The notes: generated by a model from the letters alone, not told the origin. DNA of 64,000 bases from Macrostomum hystrix (GCA_950097015.1 CATNEN010000038.1:25606001-25670000), one strand, 5' to 3'. Counted from the first letter of the stretch, positions 36,976-50,999 are shown. Translations and numbers: made by a program.

Positions 36976-39900
36976 ATGTTTGAGTGGTCAGTATTTTAAT
37001 CGATATTATGAGCTGGCTGATATAATCTAAGAATATTTATTTCAATGGAAAGTCATTCGAGCAAATATCAGTAAATTATTTTTCCGTTAAACTTTTCTTT
37101 TGGAGAAATAATAAACTTTATTTCACTGGACGACACCCACGCGTGAGCCGTGTCGCTACACCATGCCAGACATTTTTTAATCCATACATGATGGCAGCGA
37201 CTCCTAAGGGCACAGCAGGACAGGGACATCAGGTGCGGACCACTTGCGCTCCCTCTCTTCCCCTTAAATGGAATCGATTGATTGGCAAATCGCGAACACC
37301 CCCCGCCCAATACAAAGCCAATTTTGCCCGTCTAAAAAACACCATTTAATCCCATATGCTGGCAAGATCCCACTGCCCTGCTAAACAGCTTTCGATTTGA
37401 AAGACAAAATACGATAATCATTTGATCCAATATAATGTCGTAAGTGAAATAAATTATTCAGTTTTTTGTTTTAATAAGCAGTCGGTACATTGTTTGTGTC
37501 AACACATCCAATTTTCAGGGACGAAAAACAGCAACTTTACGACAAGGATGATGGCAAACCCTTGCCTGATAAGAAATATACGGAGGACAATGTATCTAAT
37601 GATGAGTAAGTACATTCTGTCTTTTGTAGACAGTTATTTTGCAACTTCATGTCATAATCTACTTAATATACTTGACATCCACACCTAATCTACCTCCACA
37701 TCAATATCTGATCTACCTCCACACCAATATCTGATCTACCTCCACATCAATATCTGATCTACCTCCACATCAATATCTGATCTACATCCACATCAATATC
37801 TGATCTACCTCCACACCAATATCTGATCTACCTCCACACCAATATCTGATCTACCTCCACATCAATATCTGATCTACCTCCACATCAATATCTGATCAAC
37901 CTCCACATCAATATCTGATCTACATCCACATCAATATCTGATCTACATCCACATCAATATCTGATCTACCTCCGCATCAATATCTGATCTACATCCACAT
38001 CAATATCTGATCTACATCCACATCAATATCTGATCTACCTCCGCATCAATATCTGATCTACATCCACATCAATATCTGATCAACCTCCACATCAATATCT
38101 GATCTACCTCCACATCAATATCTGATCAACCTCCACATCAATATCTGATCAACCTCCACATCAATATCTGATCTACCTCCACATCAATATCTGATCTACA
38201 TCCACATCAATATCTGATCAACCTCCACATCAATATCTGATCTACCTCCACATCAATATCTGATCAACCTCCACATCAATATCTGATCTACCTCCACATC
38301 AATATCTGATCAACCTCCACATCAATATCTGATCTACATCCACATCAATATCTGATCAACCTCCACATCAATATCTGATCTACCTCCACATCAATATCTG
38401 ATCTAACTCCACATCAATATCTGATCTACCTCCACATCAATACGTAATCTACCTCCACATCAACACCTGATCTACCTCCACATCAACACCTAATCTACCA
38501 CCACATCAACACCTAATCTACCACCACATCAACACCTAATCTACCTCCACATCAACACCTAATCTACCTTCACATCAACACATGATCTACCACCACATCA
38601 ACACCTAATCTACCTCCACATCAACACCTAATCTACCTCCACATCAACACATGATCTACCTCCACATCAACACCTGATCTACCTCCACATCAACACCTGA
38701 TCTACCTCCACATCAACACCTGATCTACCTCCACATCAACACCTGATCTACCTCCTACTCGTGTCTACAATCTACAGCTCTAAAATCGACGAGATGAGTA
38801 ATTTACCCCCTTCTCGGCATCATTTCCAATTTTTTCCACAACTCTAAAAACTTTCAGCTCGTTGGCAAAATCAGACCCAGATGATAGCGGTGAATGCAAA
38901 AGCTACAATGGACCTGAGCCACTGTCCAAATGCAAAATATTGCTTCTTAATTTGTCCTTCCTCGGTTTAAACCTGATGTTCCTCGTGCTGTCTGTCGAAG
39001 GTAAATCTTTTAACCTTTGGAATTGTCTGATTCTCAAACGTCAAATCCAAAAACCTGAATCCCAAACTCCGAATCCCAAACTCCAAACCTCAAACTCAGA
39101 ATCCCAAACTCCGAATCCCAAACTCCAAATCCCAAACTCAGAATCCCAAACACTGAATCTCAAACTCAGAATCCCAAACTCCGAATCCCAAACTCCGAAT
39201 CTCAAACTCCGAATCTCAAACTCCGAATCCCAAACTCCGAATCCCAAACTTCAAATCTCAAACTCCGAATCCCAAACTCCGAATCTCAAACTCCGAATCT
39301 CAAACTCCGAATCCCAAACACTGAATCTCAAACTCCGAATTCCAAACTCCGAATCCCAAACTTCAAATGACAAACTCCGAATCCCAAACTCCAAATCCCA
39401 AACTTCAAATGACAAACTCCGAATCCCAAACTCCAAATCCCAAACTTCAAATGACAAACTCCGACTCCCAAACTCCGACTCCCAAACTCCGAATCCCAAA
39501 CTCCGAATCTCAAACTCCGAATCCCAAACTCCGACTCCCAAACTCCGAATCCCAAACTCCGAATCTCAAACTCCGAATTCCAAACTCAGAATCCCAAACT
39601 CCGACTCCCAAACTCCGAATCCCAAACTCCGAATCTCAAACTCCGAATCCCAAACTCCGAATCCCAAACTCAGAATCCCAAACTCCGAATCCCAAACTCC
39701 GGGAAACCCGAACTTTAAATCCCGAATTCCAAATCCAAAACTCCGAATCCCAAACTCAAAATCTAGAACTAAAAGTGCACGCTAACTGAATCGAATTGCA
39801 GTTGTGCCAGCTCAGGTGGAAGCCATGGTTGGCTCAGGCAGCAAAGGCTCAGTTCTTGGCGGCATGGTCGCAGGCGGGGCGGTGCTGACCTTCTTGTCCG

Positions 39901-42727
39901 GGCCTCTCATCGGCATGCAGAGCGACCGACTGGTGTCCCGTTTTGGTCGCCGTAGGCCCGTTATGGTCGTGTCGACGCTGTGTCTTTGGTTAGTCTGCAA
40001 TCGGGGGGATGAGTGGCGGGGCGGTCTTCCACGTCTGCCTCTCGCACCATGGTCCCTGAGCTCGATTCCGCGGCGAGGCCACATTTATTTGTGTGGCAGT
40101 TGTCAAGTCAGAGCAGATGTACACACACCGCCTGTGTTTTTAATGAAACATAAAAAGTGTTTCATTCTGAAAAAATACCTTGTAAAATCAATATAAGTGC
40201 AAGTGTTGTGTTAGACAGAAATTAGTTTGTTTTCTTTCATTAATTTGGCTTTGGTTACCGTTTCAGCTTGGGCCTTCTTGGAATGGGTTTCAGCGCTCCA
40301 AAAGTGCTCTTGTGAGTTCAACAGAATTTTTCTGAAATCATTTTATCCACAGGTTTTATCAACTTTCATTTTCTTTGCAGCAAAACTCGCGACGCACTCA
40401 AGAATGGAACCTTGAGCACTAATAGCGAAGGTGTTGTGAGTACAGATTTGTGGAAATGAAAGCGTTTTTTTTGCCTAACACATTCGCCATTTTTTAACAG
40501 CTTGAGCATTCCATCTAACAGGTCGAGCATTCCATCTAACAGGTTAAGCATTCCATCTAACAGGTTGAGCATTCCATCTAACAGGTTGAGCATTCCATCT
40601 AACAGGTCGAGCATTCTGTCTAACAGGTTGAGCATTCTGTCTAACAGGTTGAGCATTCTGTCTAACAGGTTGAGCATTCTGTCTAACAGGTTGAGCATTC
40701 CATCTAACAGGTTGAGCATTCTGTCTAACAGGTTGAGCATTCCATCTAACAGGTCGAGCATTCTGTCTAACAGGTTGATCATTCTGTCTAACAGGTTGAG
40801 CATTCTGTCTAACAGGTTGAGCATTCTGTCTAACAGGTTGAGCATTCTGTCTAACAGGTTGAGCATTCTGTCTAACAGGTTGAGCATTCTGTCTAATATG
40901 TTGAGCATTCTGTCTAACAGGTTGAGCATTCTGTCTAACAGGTCGAGCATTCTGTCTAATAAGTGGAAAACTCTGTGTAACAGGTTGAAAACCTGTCTAG
41001 CAGGTTGAACATCTGTCTAACAGGTTTATCACTTGAACTAACAGGTTGAAAACATGTCTAACAAACTGAACGCTCTGTCTAACACGTGTTTACAAAAAAT
41101 TTTTATGTCCATGAATTTCGACAGTCCACTGTAAATCTATATTTCAAGGGCTTGATAAGCTTGACATATGGTTGTTTCAGTGCAATCTGGACCTAGTCTC
41201 CATCCGATGCAAGCCCTATTATGAGACCGTGAACGGCAGTGCGCATCGCAGTCCTTACCTGGGCGCATTTCACACCAAGAAGGTTGTGCTAGCAGCGAAG
41301 GACACGAACCTGGCTGTGGACGATGAATTCCTATCTGGCAGTCTTGGTTGGTGATTGACAATACTTTGATTGATCACTACTGTAAGTAGAGCTTTGCGGC
41401 ACTAAAAATGATGCGCCCGCAATTACCAATTCGCAGCTCTCTTCATTCCGTTCTACTTTGTTGTGACAGTATCCTACGTGTGTACTATCACTCCATACAA
41501 TGCGCTCATTGCGGATAAGGCACATCCGTCTCAGAGAGGTTTGATGGCCATTTATTGAAAATTGGCTTTTGAAAGTTTAGGATTTTCATATTATCATTGA
41601 CCATGTAACGTCGCTATAATAGGCTTGGAACAAGCCATTCCTGACTAGCACATGTACACTGCTATGTACATTGTCGCAGCTTTCCGTCCCCAATCCCGAC
41701 TAGCACATGTACACTGCTATGTACATTGTCGCAGCTTTCCGTCCCCAATCCCGACTAGCACATGTACACTGCTATGTACATTGTCGCAGCTTTCCGTCCC
41801 CAATCCCGACTAGCACATCTACACTGCTACGTACATTTTCGCACCTTTCGTGCGTTAGCTTGGTCAGCTCTTTTTGCTAAAAAGGTCCACAATTGTCAGA
41901 CTTGCATTACTAGCCGACTTAAAAAAATCGGTCACTACCTAATGTAGCCTGTTGATAATTTTCTTTACACCAAACACCAAATACTAGGCCTCAGTTCTGG
42001 AGTAATGGGCGGGATGATTCTGCTTGGCAACATATCCGGAGCTGCTGTCGGACTATTTCTGACGGTAGGTGACAATCCTGTTATGAGCTCAGTAAACAAA
42101 TATAAATATATATTTTGTTTAAACTCACTCAGACACTAGGTGTTCTGGGAATCTACGGTGTCGTTATCTGCATCCTGATTCCATGCATCGCTATCACAGT
42201 GTTCTCAATTGACGAGCCGGCTACTACCGAGAAACACGAACCAATGAGTGGGTAAAGTTGAATATTTACGAGTACAATACGCAAGACAAAATTTATAGTT
42301 TACATAATTTTCATTTAACTGTTTTTTTATTTAGAGTGCAAGGATTTAATCCTTGGCTTCTGGTCACCATTGAAAGGTAAGTTTATTTATTTTCGTTAGT
42401 TTTGTTTTAATAGTACTAAAGAAACGTTAATAATAAAAAGTTGATTAATTCGTTCAACCGTTTTTTCAGAGCACGACTTTCGCTGGGTCTTCATCACCAG
42501 ATTCTTAATGCAGCAGGGCTTGTCAACCACAGTTGGGTAAGCAGAAGCCTAGCTGGTATATTTTCTGTGCAGAAAAAACTTCTCTTAACAAAATATAAAA
42601 AAAATATTTAACAGATTCCTTGAATACTGGCTCGGCGATATGGTCAACCTGCCGCACTGCTGGAATCCCGCCAAGGGCGTCTCACTGCTGCTCATCCCAT
42701 TGCTCTGCACAGCCGCGCTGTCGTACG

Positions 42728-42776
<49 letters not shown>

Positions 42777-43684
42777 GCCTGTCTGCTAAAATCGGTCACT
42801 GGCTATAGTTTGTTATGCCTCCCCTGTCTTTTCGTCAAACAGTTGTTCAACATTGGCCCTCTCTGCAACCCGCAGTTCGGTGGTCTGTGGCCTGCTTTCT
42901 GACAAGATCGGCAAGCGGAAGCCGCTGGTGCTGGCTGCTTCTATCTGCATGGGCGCCTGCTCAGCCGTGCTGGCGGGTCTCAGGGGCCAGCGGGCATTCT
43001 ACGCTGCTACGGCCGTTGCCACAGTGTTTGGCCTCTCATTTGGTGGCTATCAGGCGGTTGACTTTGCCCTGCTGATGGATGTGCTGCCAGGAGAGGAGGA
43101 CAAGTCGAGGGATATCGCCGTGTGGCAGCAGGTGGCGATAATCTTTGCATAAATGTTGAGAATAATTAAGGTGACAAGGGGTAACTTTCGCATCAGCAGC
43201 AAGCAAGGGGGAAATTCAACGATTCCTTAACCTTCGAGCCAAAAAACAATTCACAGATACGAGTACACTCTCACTGTGCTATCACTGTCCTAAAGATCCA
43301 CGGACTGGACAGCCGTACGCAGCCTTCAGACGCACCGCGCAATAACTGCGGCTGTGCATTAGGAGACTTTTTTAGTGAAAATTGCAACGTTTAAATCATG
43401 TAGTGCTCTCCAAACTTATCTTCTTACGTCGCTTTAAAGAAAAATTACCACGCATTTACACAAAGGATATGATTTGGCCATAGACAAAAACGCCTTCCAA
43501 AATGTTTCGTCAGGCGCTGGTGCTGCCGCAAGCTCTGGCTGTGCCAATCGGCGGTGTGATTCTGGACGTGTTCGAGCGCGTGAACTGTCGGGTTGGCCTT
43601 GGTTACATCATCCTGTTCGCCGTCACAGCGCTCTACTTTATACTCAGCGGTGTCTTTGTTACCAGAATACGACGGGCAAAGTGA
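36976..43684 (+). CDS. Major facilitator superfamily transporter (SUC/SLC45-like), 14 exons: 36976-36986, 37519-37605, 38858-39000, 39802-39988, 40267-40311, 40381-40435, 41181-41346, 41437-41538, 41988-42064, 42133-42247, 42335-42376, 42470-42536, 42615-42722, 42876-43131, plus terminal exon 43514-43684
   Basis: MFS motifs GMQSDRLVSRFGRRRP, PYNALIADKAHPSQRG, HDFRWVFITRFL, GLLSDKIGKRKP and AVDFALLMDVLP. All GT-AG junctions keep frame. The first two exons are tentative. Confidence 0.88.
37680..38757. repeat. 23-bp intronic minisatellite
   Basis: Unit atctacctccacatcaatatctg. Confidence 0.95.
39045..39770. repeat. 14-bp intronic minisatellite (7-bp subunits)
   Basis: Unit aatcccaaactccg. Confidence 0.95.
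40003..40130 (+). mobile_element. Partial SINE family A
   Basis: gcctctcgcaccatggtccctgagctcgattccgcggcgaggccacatttattt. Confidence 0.75.
40495..41090. repeat. 21-bp intronic minisatellite
   Basis: Unit aacaggttgagcattctgtct. Confidence 0.95.
41643..41840. repeat. 55-bp tandem repeat, about 3.5 copies
   Basis: Unit gactagcacatgtacactgctatgtacattgtcgcagctttccgtccccaatccc. Confidence 0.9.
42727..42786. repeat. (CTGT)n microsatellite
   Basis: Seen directly, next to a splice donor. Confidence 0.95.
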
Positions 43685-44440
43685 CGCCTAAAAGTTGTCT
43701 TTTTTGCCGATTAAAAGCTAAGCGACATATTTATCTATCCCCTGGTAAAAAAGAAGAAAAACAAACAAACAACAGACATGTCGCGGTGTACGTTAAGCTA
43801 GGACCGAGTATACTTTAGGTCGCGTGCCTTAATAAATTGTTTCAGTTGGCTGCTGTAACTTTAATATGGTATTCATTTAATTTTGAGACTTTAAAATCAT
43901 CAATATGCAATAATTCTGTACTTGTTTTGCAGAACGCTAAAATAATCAATAATAATTCAATAAATATAAATACATTAATAAAAATAAATATAAACTCGTA
44001 GTTGACAGACTGTTGCTTATCTGTCTCTCCGAATAGCTGTCCGGGCAAAAAAGGTAAAATAATTCAGGAATTCAGAAAATATTGTTCCTTACAAATGCAT
44101 GGCGTACTCAAATAGTTGATGGAGACCACGGGAATTCTTTTTTAACATTGTAGCCATTTTCTGGTTATCGAAGGAGAGGTGCAACCAAAACTTAGTATGC
44201 TGCAAAGTGATCGAATGTCTGCTAGAATTAAATTGCAGTAGATGATTCTATTGAAGGTTTTAGATGTACGACGTATATTTTAATCTAGGACTATAGAAAA
44301 GTATCTTTGTCAGCTTCAAAACGATAAAAGACATCAGAAAAGAAAAAAATAAAAAGTTTGAAAACTCTTTCCGTTTTGCGAGACCTTTGCGCCGACATGA
44401 AACAGTGTCTGTCGTGACAACTTCCTGACGTTGTGAAAGC

Positions 44441-45420
44441 TCATGGTACCAATGAGAAGGAATCTCGAATCTCATTCTCAGACATGGAGCTGCTGCTGAT
44501 CGCAATGGCTCTCACGGTGCCCCTGAATATGTGCCCATCATTGTTTCGCTTGCCAAACTTAGCGCAGTACTTTGGCAACAGGCTGAAGTCAATCGAGTTC
44601 GACACAAAGACCACATTCGAAGGCAAGAAGCTGTCATTCACGAACACCCCCTATGAGTTCATCGTGAAATTCAACGTGAATGCGATGTTGACCCAATCGG
44701 ACGAGTTTAAGCCAAAGAGGGTGTTTGTGCTGTACGTCTTAGAAAGTTCGGTTGCGTGAGACTTAAAAAGGGCGTAGAACTTTAAAGCAGCATCGTGCTC
44801 CCAAATGTGGTGATAGAAAGGTCCGGTAGCGAAGTTGGCGCAGTCCAGAAACTCAAGAAGTGGCTGCACCTGAGGCGTTCTCTTCATCCGCAGCAGCACG
44901 GTGACGCCGGAGCCGAACGCGATGTCGCTCTTGTTCAGCGCCAGGTACGAGCTGCTCCCATCGAACGCGGCGCCGTCCTCTGTCCACTGGACGCCGATCG
45001 GATAGAAGCGGTTCGTCTCTTCGTCAGCCTGGCACAGCACATTCTCCAATCTGGTCATGTCGTCTCCGAGCCACACGTTTGTGAGCTTCGAGCTGAGCTT
45101 GCTCGGATAGCTGATGGGGAATCGGATGAGCACTCGGCAGTCGCTGCTCAGGCCGGAGAGAAGCTGGCGACACACGGACTGGTAGCGGAAGAGATCGCAC
45201 TGGAGAGAGGCCGCTCTGAACTGGGCAACCAGAATTCCAGACTGGAACGCATCAGAGGCCAGCATTGAGCAGTGCTGCTCAGTGAATGCTCTGTTGCTGT
45301 GGACTGGGGTGGCATTGGTCAAGCACTGCACCTGCATCTGAGTCCAGGTGTCTCCGGACCTGCACAGGCAGACAGTCAGCGAGCTCAGCACTGTAGTCAG
45401 TGCTTTCACGAAGATAACAG
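44441..45420 (-). pseudogene. LamG/ConA-like secreted family member with one in-frame TAG (44651-44653)
   Basis: Colinear with 52624..53607. The ORF continues in frame past the TAG to the homologous end FRGTVRAIAISSSSMSENEIRD. Confidence 0.7.
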
Positions 45421-46584
45421 CTAAAGTGGATGATGAAAGTGTGTGATTTTGTAGTTTATTGCGTGATTGTTGACTCGCGCATTCAAGTGGAACGTTTTTA
45501 TACTCACCAAATTTCATTCTCGTGAAGCTTCTCACCAGCTTTTTCTCTGATTTCTAATAAATAGAAGGCGTTTTTCCAGTTTTTTAATAGCTAAAAACGT
45601 ATTCGTCGATTGTCGCATGCAGGCATGCAGTTAGATTTTTCTGCGCAATATTTATACTAGTCGGCCTTGTTGTCATTGGTTCTCGGCGCTTTACCAGAAA
45701 AACAAACGGAGATTTATCTAGCCATCTGCAATGCATCTGCTTATTATTCTGGTACAATGCTATAATGCTTCAGTTTTTTTTTATTTTAATACAATCAGCA
45801 AGTAACTAACATATAAAATGACGAATTTTGCTAATAAAATACCGCCTTTGTAATACTCGGTTATCTGACATTAAATTAAGAGTGTGAACTACTAACGAGC
45901 ACAATGAGCTCTTGAAGTAGATCAAGATTGGATTTGAATCAGAAATTCGTGAATGGCACAATTTTACATTTGAGTACAGGTAAAAGTACGAATAAAAGTA
46001 TTTGAACATTTTCGAGCCTATTACGCAACATACGAATTACGTTGTTGTATGTAATATGTAATATATATAACTCGTATTACGAACCCCAAAATGATACGAG
46101 CGCTAGCAAATCATTTTTTTGACTTTTGAGCTTGCAAGGTGAAAATATTCCTGGCCTACCTTAAGTGTCAAACTGTAGTAAAATAACGTCAGATAAGCTT
46201 TTCCTTTCATTTTTTTTAATTTTCTATTAAGGTGTAAGATTGGCAAGTGTTCTCATGAGTATGTCATTTCAAAAGCAGCTCTTAAGTCAATATGGGCTCT
46301 CAACAAAGAAAAAGCTCCATTGTTGTCTGAAGAAAATTGAAGAACCATTGAACGAACGCATTTGTCAAGAACAAAAATATCAATTTTAGGCAACTTGAGT
46401 CACTTAGAATCTTCTCTGACGAGTATGTTGGCGTGTTATGACTGCAGACGTGACTTCCGTGGGTACAAGTGTTTCGTACAGGGGCCTTCTTTGTCGAACA
46501 AACTATTGACTTTAGCCGTCACACTTCAGATTCATTAACTGAGACACTTTCCGAATGAGAATTGAAGGTGTGTTTACGATAATA

Positions 46585-46690
46585 ATATTTTCTGCAGGAG
46601 GGTTCCAGACGTTTATGCCATGATTTCTTAACGGGCAAACTTGCAGCCTCTTAAGGCGATTCAGTCCATTCCGCTGACTCCTGAACAGAC
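46585..46690 (-). mobile_element. SINE family A 3' remnant
   Basis: Reverse complement of ccctcctgcag and caggagtcagcggaatgg. Confidence 0.5.
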
Positions 46691-47219
46691 AAGCTTCAGG
46701 CCAGCTTCAAGATCGTAAGGCTGCGCCAGTCTGTATAGAAATTTGAACAAACTCTAGAATTGAGGCAGAAGCAGCTAAATTTATTTTGCAAGAAAAAATG
46801 AGAAGGAGAAAGATAATATGCAACATCTGAACTACTAATAACGATAATTGAGAAAAGATATAAAAATAAAAGAAAAAAAACTTTTTAATGGTGAGATTCT
46901 ATGGAGCCGAAGCTTATAGTGCTAAATCCTACAAGTAGTTCTCAGTCCTCTATTTCTACTTACACGAGTAGTATAACTTTTACAACGAATAACAATCGCT
47001 ATTACTAGTTTAAGCAAGTGATTAAAACGGACATACTATGACAAAATTAAATTAACGTCGGCATAAAAAATTTAGAAAAAAGACCATGTTAGACAGAAAA
47101 GCAAATTAAATCATCTTTCGATTGTGTCCGCTGACTGAAGTGTCCGCTGACTGACGTGTCCGCTGACTGACAGAAACTTCCAAACCTAAATTGCTTAACC
47201 CCACGAAAGGTGTGTCAGA

Positions 47220-47482
47220 TGGCAGTCGCTGCTCACACCGGAAAGAAGCTGGCGACACACGGACTGGTAGCGGATCGAGAGCGCACTGGAGAGAGGCCGC
47301 TCTGAACTGGGCAATCAGAATGGCATGCAGAAATGTGTTGGACGCCAGCATCGAGCAGTGCTGGTAGCTGACTGCAGACACGTTGTGAAAGGCTGCAGAC
47401 TCCGGTATATGCACTGCACCTGCGTCTGAGCCCAGGTGTCTCCGGACCTGCACAGGCAGACAGTCAGCGAGCTCAGCAGCTG
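47220..47482 (-). pseudogene. Frameshifted 5' fragment of the LamG-like family
   Basis: Nucleotide match to the SSLTVCLCRSGDTW...HCSMLAS...AQFRAASLQC coding region. Confidence 0.75.
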
Positions 47483-47730
47483 CACTGCGGTCAGAAGATG
47501 AAAAATGAAAACAAGGATTGCTGTGAGTAGTCTGAATCCGAATATGCCTCATGTCGTTTAAGATGTGTAACCGAGGTCTTACCGTATTTCATGAATTTGC
47601 AGTTTGAGAGTTATTTTTCTGAAATTGTTCTTGAATCCGAAGCCCTTTACGCTTAGCTTTGCCTTGAAAGTATTTCCTTGAATCCTTTATAAAAAAGTTT
47701 TTTGTGTGAACACCTTTATAAAATGTGTTA

Positions 47731-47930
47731 CTGCCTACTGCCGCCAGCCCGCCCAGGACGTCCTTCTGCTCACCCTGCAGGGCCCGTTCAGGCGCGGCCA
47801 GGCTCGGACCCGCCGCTACGTCGACTGCCTGCTGAGCGACGCCAGGGCGCCCGACACTGCCTCCGGCGCGGACCATGTTCGCGCGCTGGCTCTGCGGCGC
47901 ATCATTTGACGCCGCCCCCCTAACGTTTGG
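47731..47930 (+). mobile_element. 5'-truncated non-LTR retrotransposon 3' end
   Basis: YCRQPAQDVLLLTLQGPFRRGQARTRRYVDCLL...RRII*, a GC-rich island homologous to 1-100. Confidence 0.65.
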
Positions 47931-48804
47931 GGCTTGCGTATTTTGTTGTTGTGTTGTTTATAAAATGGTTTTCATTTTCTATTGGCTCATTTTGCTGCAA
48001 TGTGTGCGCGAAATTTGCTTGTTAACTGTAAAGCGTCAGATTTTTAGCAAATCGAAAAAAACTATTTGAGAAATTGGCAGACCTTAATCAACTTTCCGGA
48101 CGACTCGCGTACACTGGAAAAATTGGCTGAAAATAGATTTTATAGGATCAGATGATCGATGATGAAACAGATGCACAAGGTCTAGTTCACGAACGTCCTA
48201 ATCTTTGGGCACTTTCGTCGAAGGCGAAGCTGCAACGTACGCCCGACCCGGCCTACCGGACGATGGGATAAGCTTTAAAAAATTCAAAGCTTCTAAAAAG
48301 CGCTCATATTTACTCTCCCGCTGAATCGTGTCTCAAGATTCTGAATGAGTACGAAGGGACCACTCTACTCACGTGAGGCACAGGTCCAAAGTCTTCTTGA
48401 GCCTTTCAGTGTAGCCAAGGACAGCTGAAGCGAAGCTGAGATCCACTGTTTCGCTGTGACCTAAATTTTCGGTGAAGCCGTCGCATCTTAATATCGTTCT
48501 TAGATTTCAGAAGCTTCTTATGTCATCGCGGACGCGTAATTTTGCGTTCGGTGAAACTTTGGTAAGTCACTACGGCTTCTTAAATTTTGCCCTAAATCTA
48601 AGATAGATCGGACTTGTCGTAGTCTCGCCTTAGCAATGTAAAAGACACGGGTATCGTGAAAAATTTTGCTCGGCCATTGTATATTTAGAGGTTATACTTC
48701 ATCACATGGATTACTTATTACTCGTAGAGCAGAGAATTAATGTACTCCTATTGTAAAGGTCTCATTATTTTGTCATAAGCTAGAAAAGAAAGAAATCCTG
48801 CCAA

Positions 48805-49900
48805 TCACAGTGGCAGCAGCTGCATGATTCGCTGTCTTTCTGCTAGACCAGCAGCGGTGTCTTGAGCTGGTGGGGCTGCATTTTCTTCAGTCACTTCCTT
48901 GACCAGCGGCTGAGGCTCATGTGGGAGTGGAACAGCTCTCGTCACTGCAAAATTGTGTAGAACGCAGCATGCAACAATAATGCTGCCCACTTTGTTAGGA
49001 TTAAACTGCACAGCTCCTCCGCTGTGATCAAGGCACCAAAATCTCGCTTTCAAAACGCCGAACGCCCTTTCGATTGTCACGCGTATTCTGCTCAGTCGCC
49101 GGTTGAAATTTTGCTCCGAATTTGTTTGTGGGTCCTTAAACGGTGTCATCAGAAATGACCGGCATCTCCAACGAAGAAGCCTGCGACAGTCCCCTCAGCG
49201 AGGAAGTCTTTTAGCGCAGACTGTTGAAAAATGAAGGAGTCGTGGCTACTGCCGGGCCAGCGTGCGACGACGTTCGTAAATGCGAGACTGGCACTACACA
49301 CTGCCTGAACATTGATCGAGTGGAAACCCTTTCTGTTGATGAAAAATTCCACCATCGTTGATTGGGCGCCGGATGGGGTGTGCATACAGTCGATGGCTCC
49401 GAGAACCTGTGGCACTCCGGAAATGTAAAAAAAGGACGTGCTGAAGCTGCTGCCGCATGCTTGGAAATGAAATAGAAAACAGATGCCAAATATCCTGAAG
49501 CAGCTTGCAAACATCGGCCAAACTCTTAAGGCTGTTACTCTTAAGCCATGAAGTTCCTAATCGTATTCGAGGCCGACAAGCAGGTTGTCGAAGCTGAGGA
49601 GAGCGACTTAGTTGAATGTGAGTTGAAAAGTCTGACAGTACCCGAGTTGTCACTGTTAAGAGACAGTGAAGAGAGGTGGCGCTGCACGGCCCAATATGCA
49701 GACAGTGTCTACGCAGCTGAAGTCCTCCAGGTAAGATGGAATGCACATTTTTGCATTACGATATATGCCATTGTAGAAATGTTTCTAAAATGTCTCTAAA
49801 ATATATTTTCTAAAATTGACCACTCTAGGTATACCTGATGGCACTCTAGAGACTTCCAGCCTACGCTTTGTCCGCAAGCTGAAATAATTCGGCAATTGAA
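48805..49900 (-). mobile_element. PIF/Harbinger transposase pseudogene
   Basis: GAIDCMH, NRKGFHSINVQAVC, RWPGSSHDSFIF, GDAG, (L)MTPF and IERAFGVLKARFWCL, with frameshifts and deletions. Confidence 0.9.
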
Positions 49901-50999
49901 ACCGAGGGTGCTCTGCGCTGAAGCTACGCGGCGGGCGTTACGCAATTTTTAGTGTGCTGTAAGTTATATTTTTGCTTTTTAAAAGTCACGTTATTCATTT
50001 TTAGTTACAATTTGTTTTGTCTGTCCACTCTCTCTTGTTCTCCAGGTCTCTCTCTCACGCACACACATCTACCTATCTCAGTACAATCAATAACCCCAGT
50101 CGATTGTCAATCAATATTATCGATAATCAATCACTAACAAAGATTATCCACCAAAATTGGATTATCTAATTTCAATCACTATTATCGATAATAGATCACT
50201 GTCATCCAATGCCAGGAACCCCAACCTTTTCCTGACTTACTTATCCAACTTATCCGACCTAACAGGACATATCCACTGGTTCTGCGTGCGACACTGACGA
50301 CTTTTTCGGATGTTCGGAGGAGCCTGTAAAATCTCAAGCGCAGGCATGGTCGACTGGCGGAGGTGGCATGACAGGGACAACTGGCGCAGGTGGCATCACG
50401 GACGACTGGCGCAGGTGGCATGGCAGGGACGACTGGCGGAGGTGGCACAACTAGGACGACTGACTGGCGCGCAGGTAGCTTGACAGGGACGATTGGCAGA
50501 GCTGGCATGACAGGGCCAAAATGCGGACTAATTTTCGTGCTTTGTATTTACTTAAAAATGTATACCGTACTATCTTTGCATGATGACACTCTAAAACATT
50601 GCAATATAAATGATGTCTGTACTTCCGTTACTCTTCTTTTCAATCATGGCTTTTTACTTTCTGAATGCGCTTTTTAACATCTGTCTTATGCATATTCGCT
50701 TTGAACTTGATAATAAATTTGTACCTTTAGCTGCTTCAGAAGTATTTAATGAGACTAGAAGAGACATAGTCGTAAACCATTTATAGCGGTGACCAATAGA
50801 AAATTAACATGAGCATGTTGAATATTATTTATTTAAAGTGACTGCCGCTTTATATATACGGCATGCTTACAACAAAATGAAACATACGTATGAAAAGTAC
50901 ATGGTCAGGAGGAAGGGGGCAGCGTGGCGAGCGGAGCCGCTGGGGCAGGAGCGGAGCTGCTGGGCAGGAGCGGACCTGCTGCTAGGCTTTTTATGGCGC

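Noticed and set aside
50340-50520. Pro/Val-rich ORF over a short GC repeat
   Set aside because: A degenerate repeat between transposon relics with no gene context.
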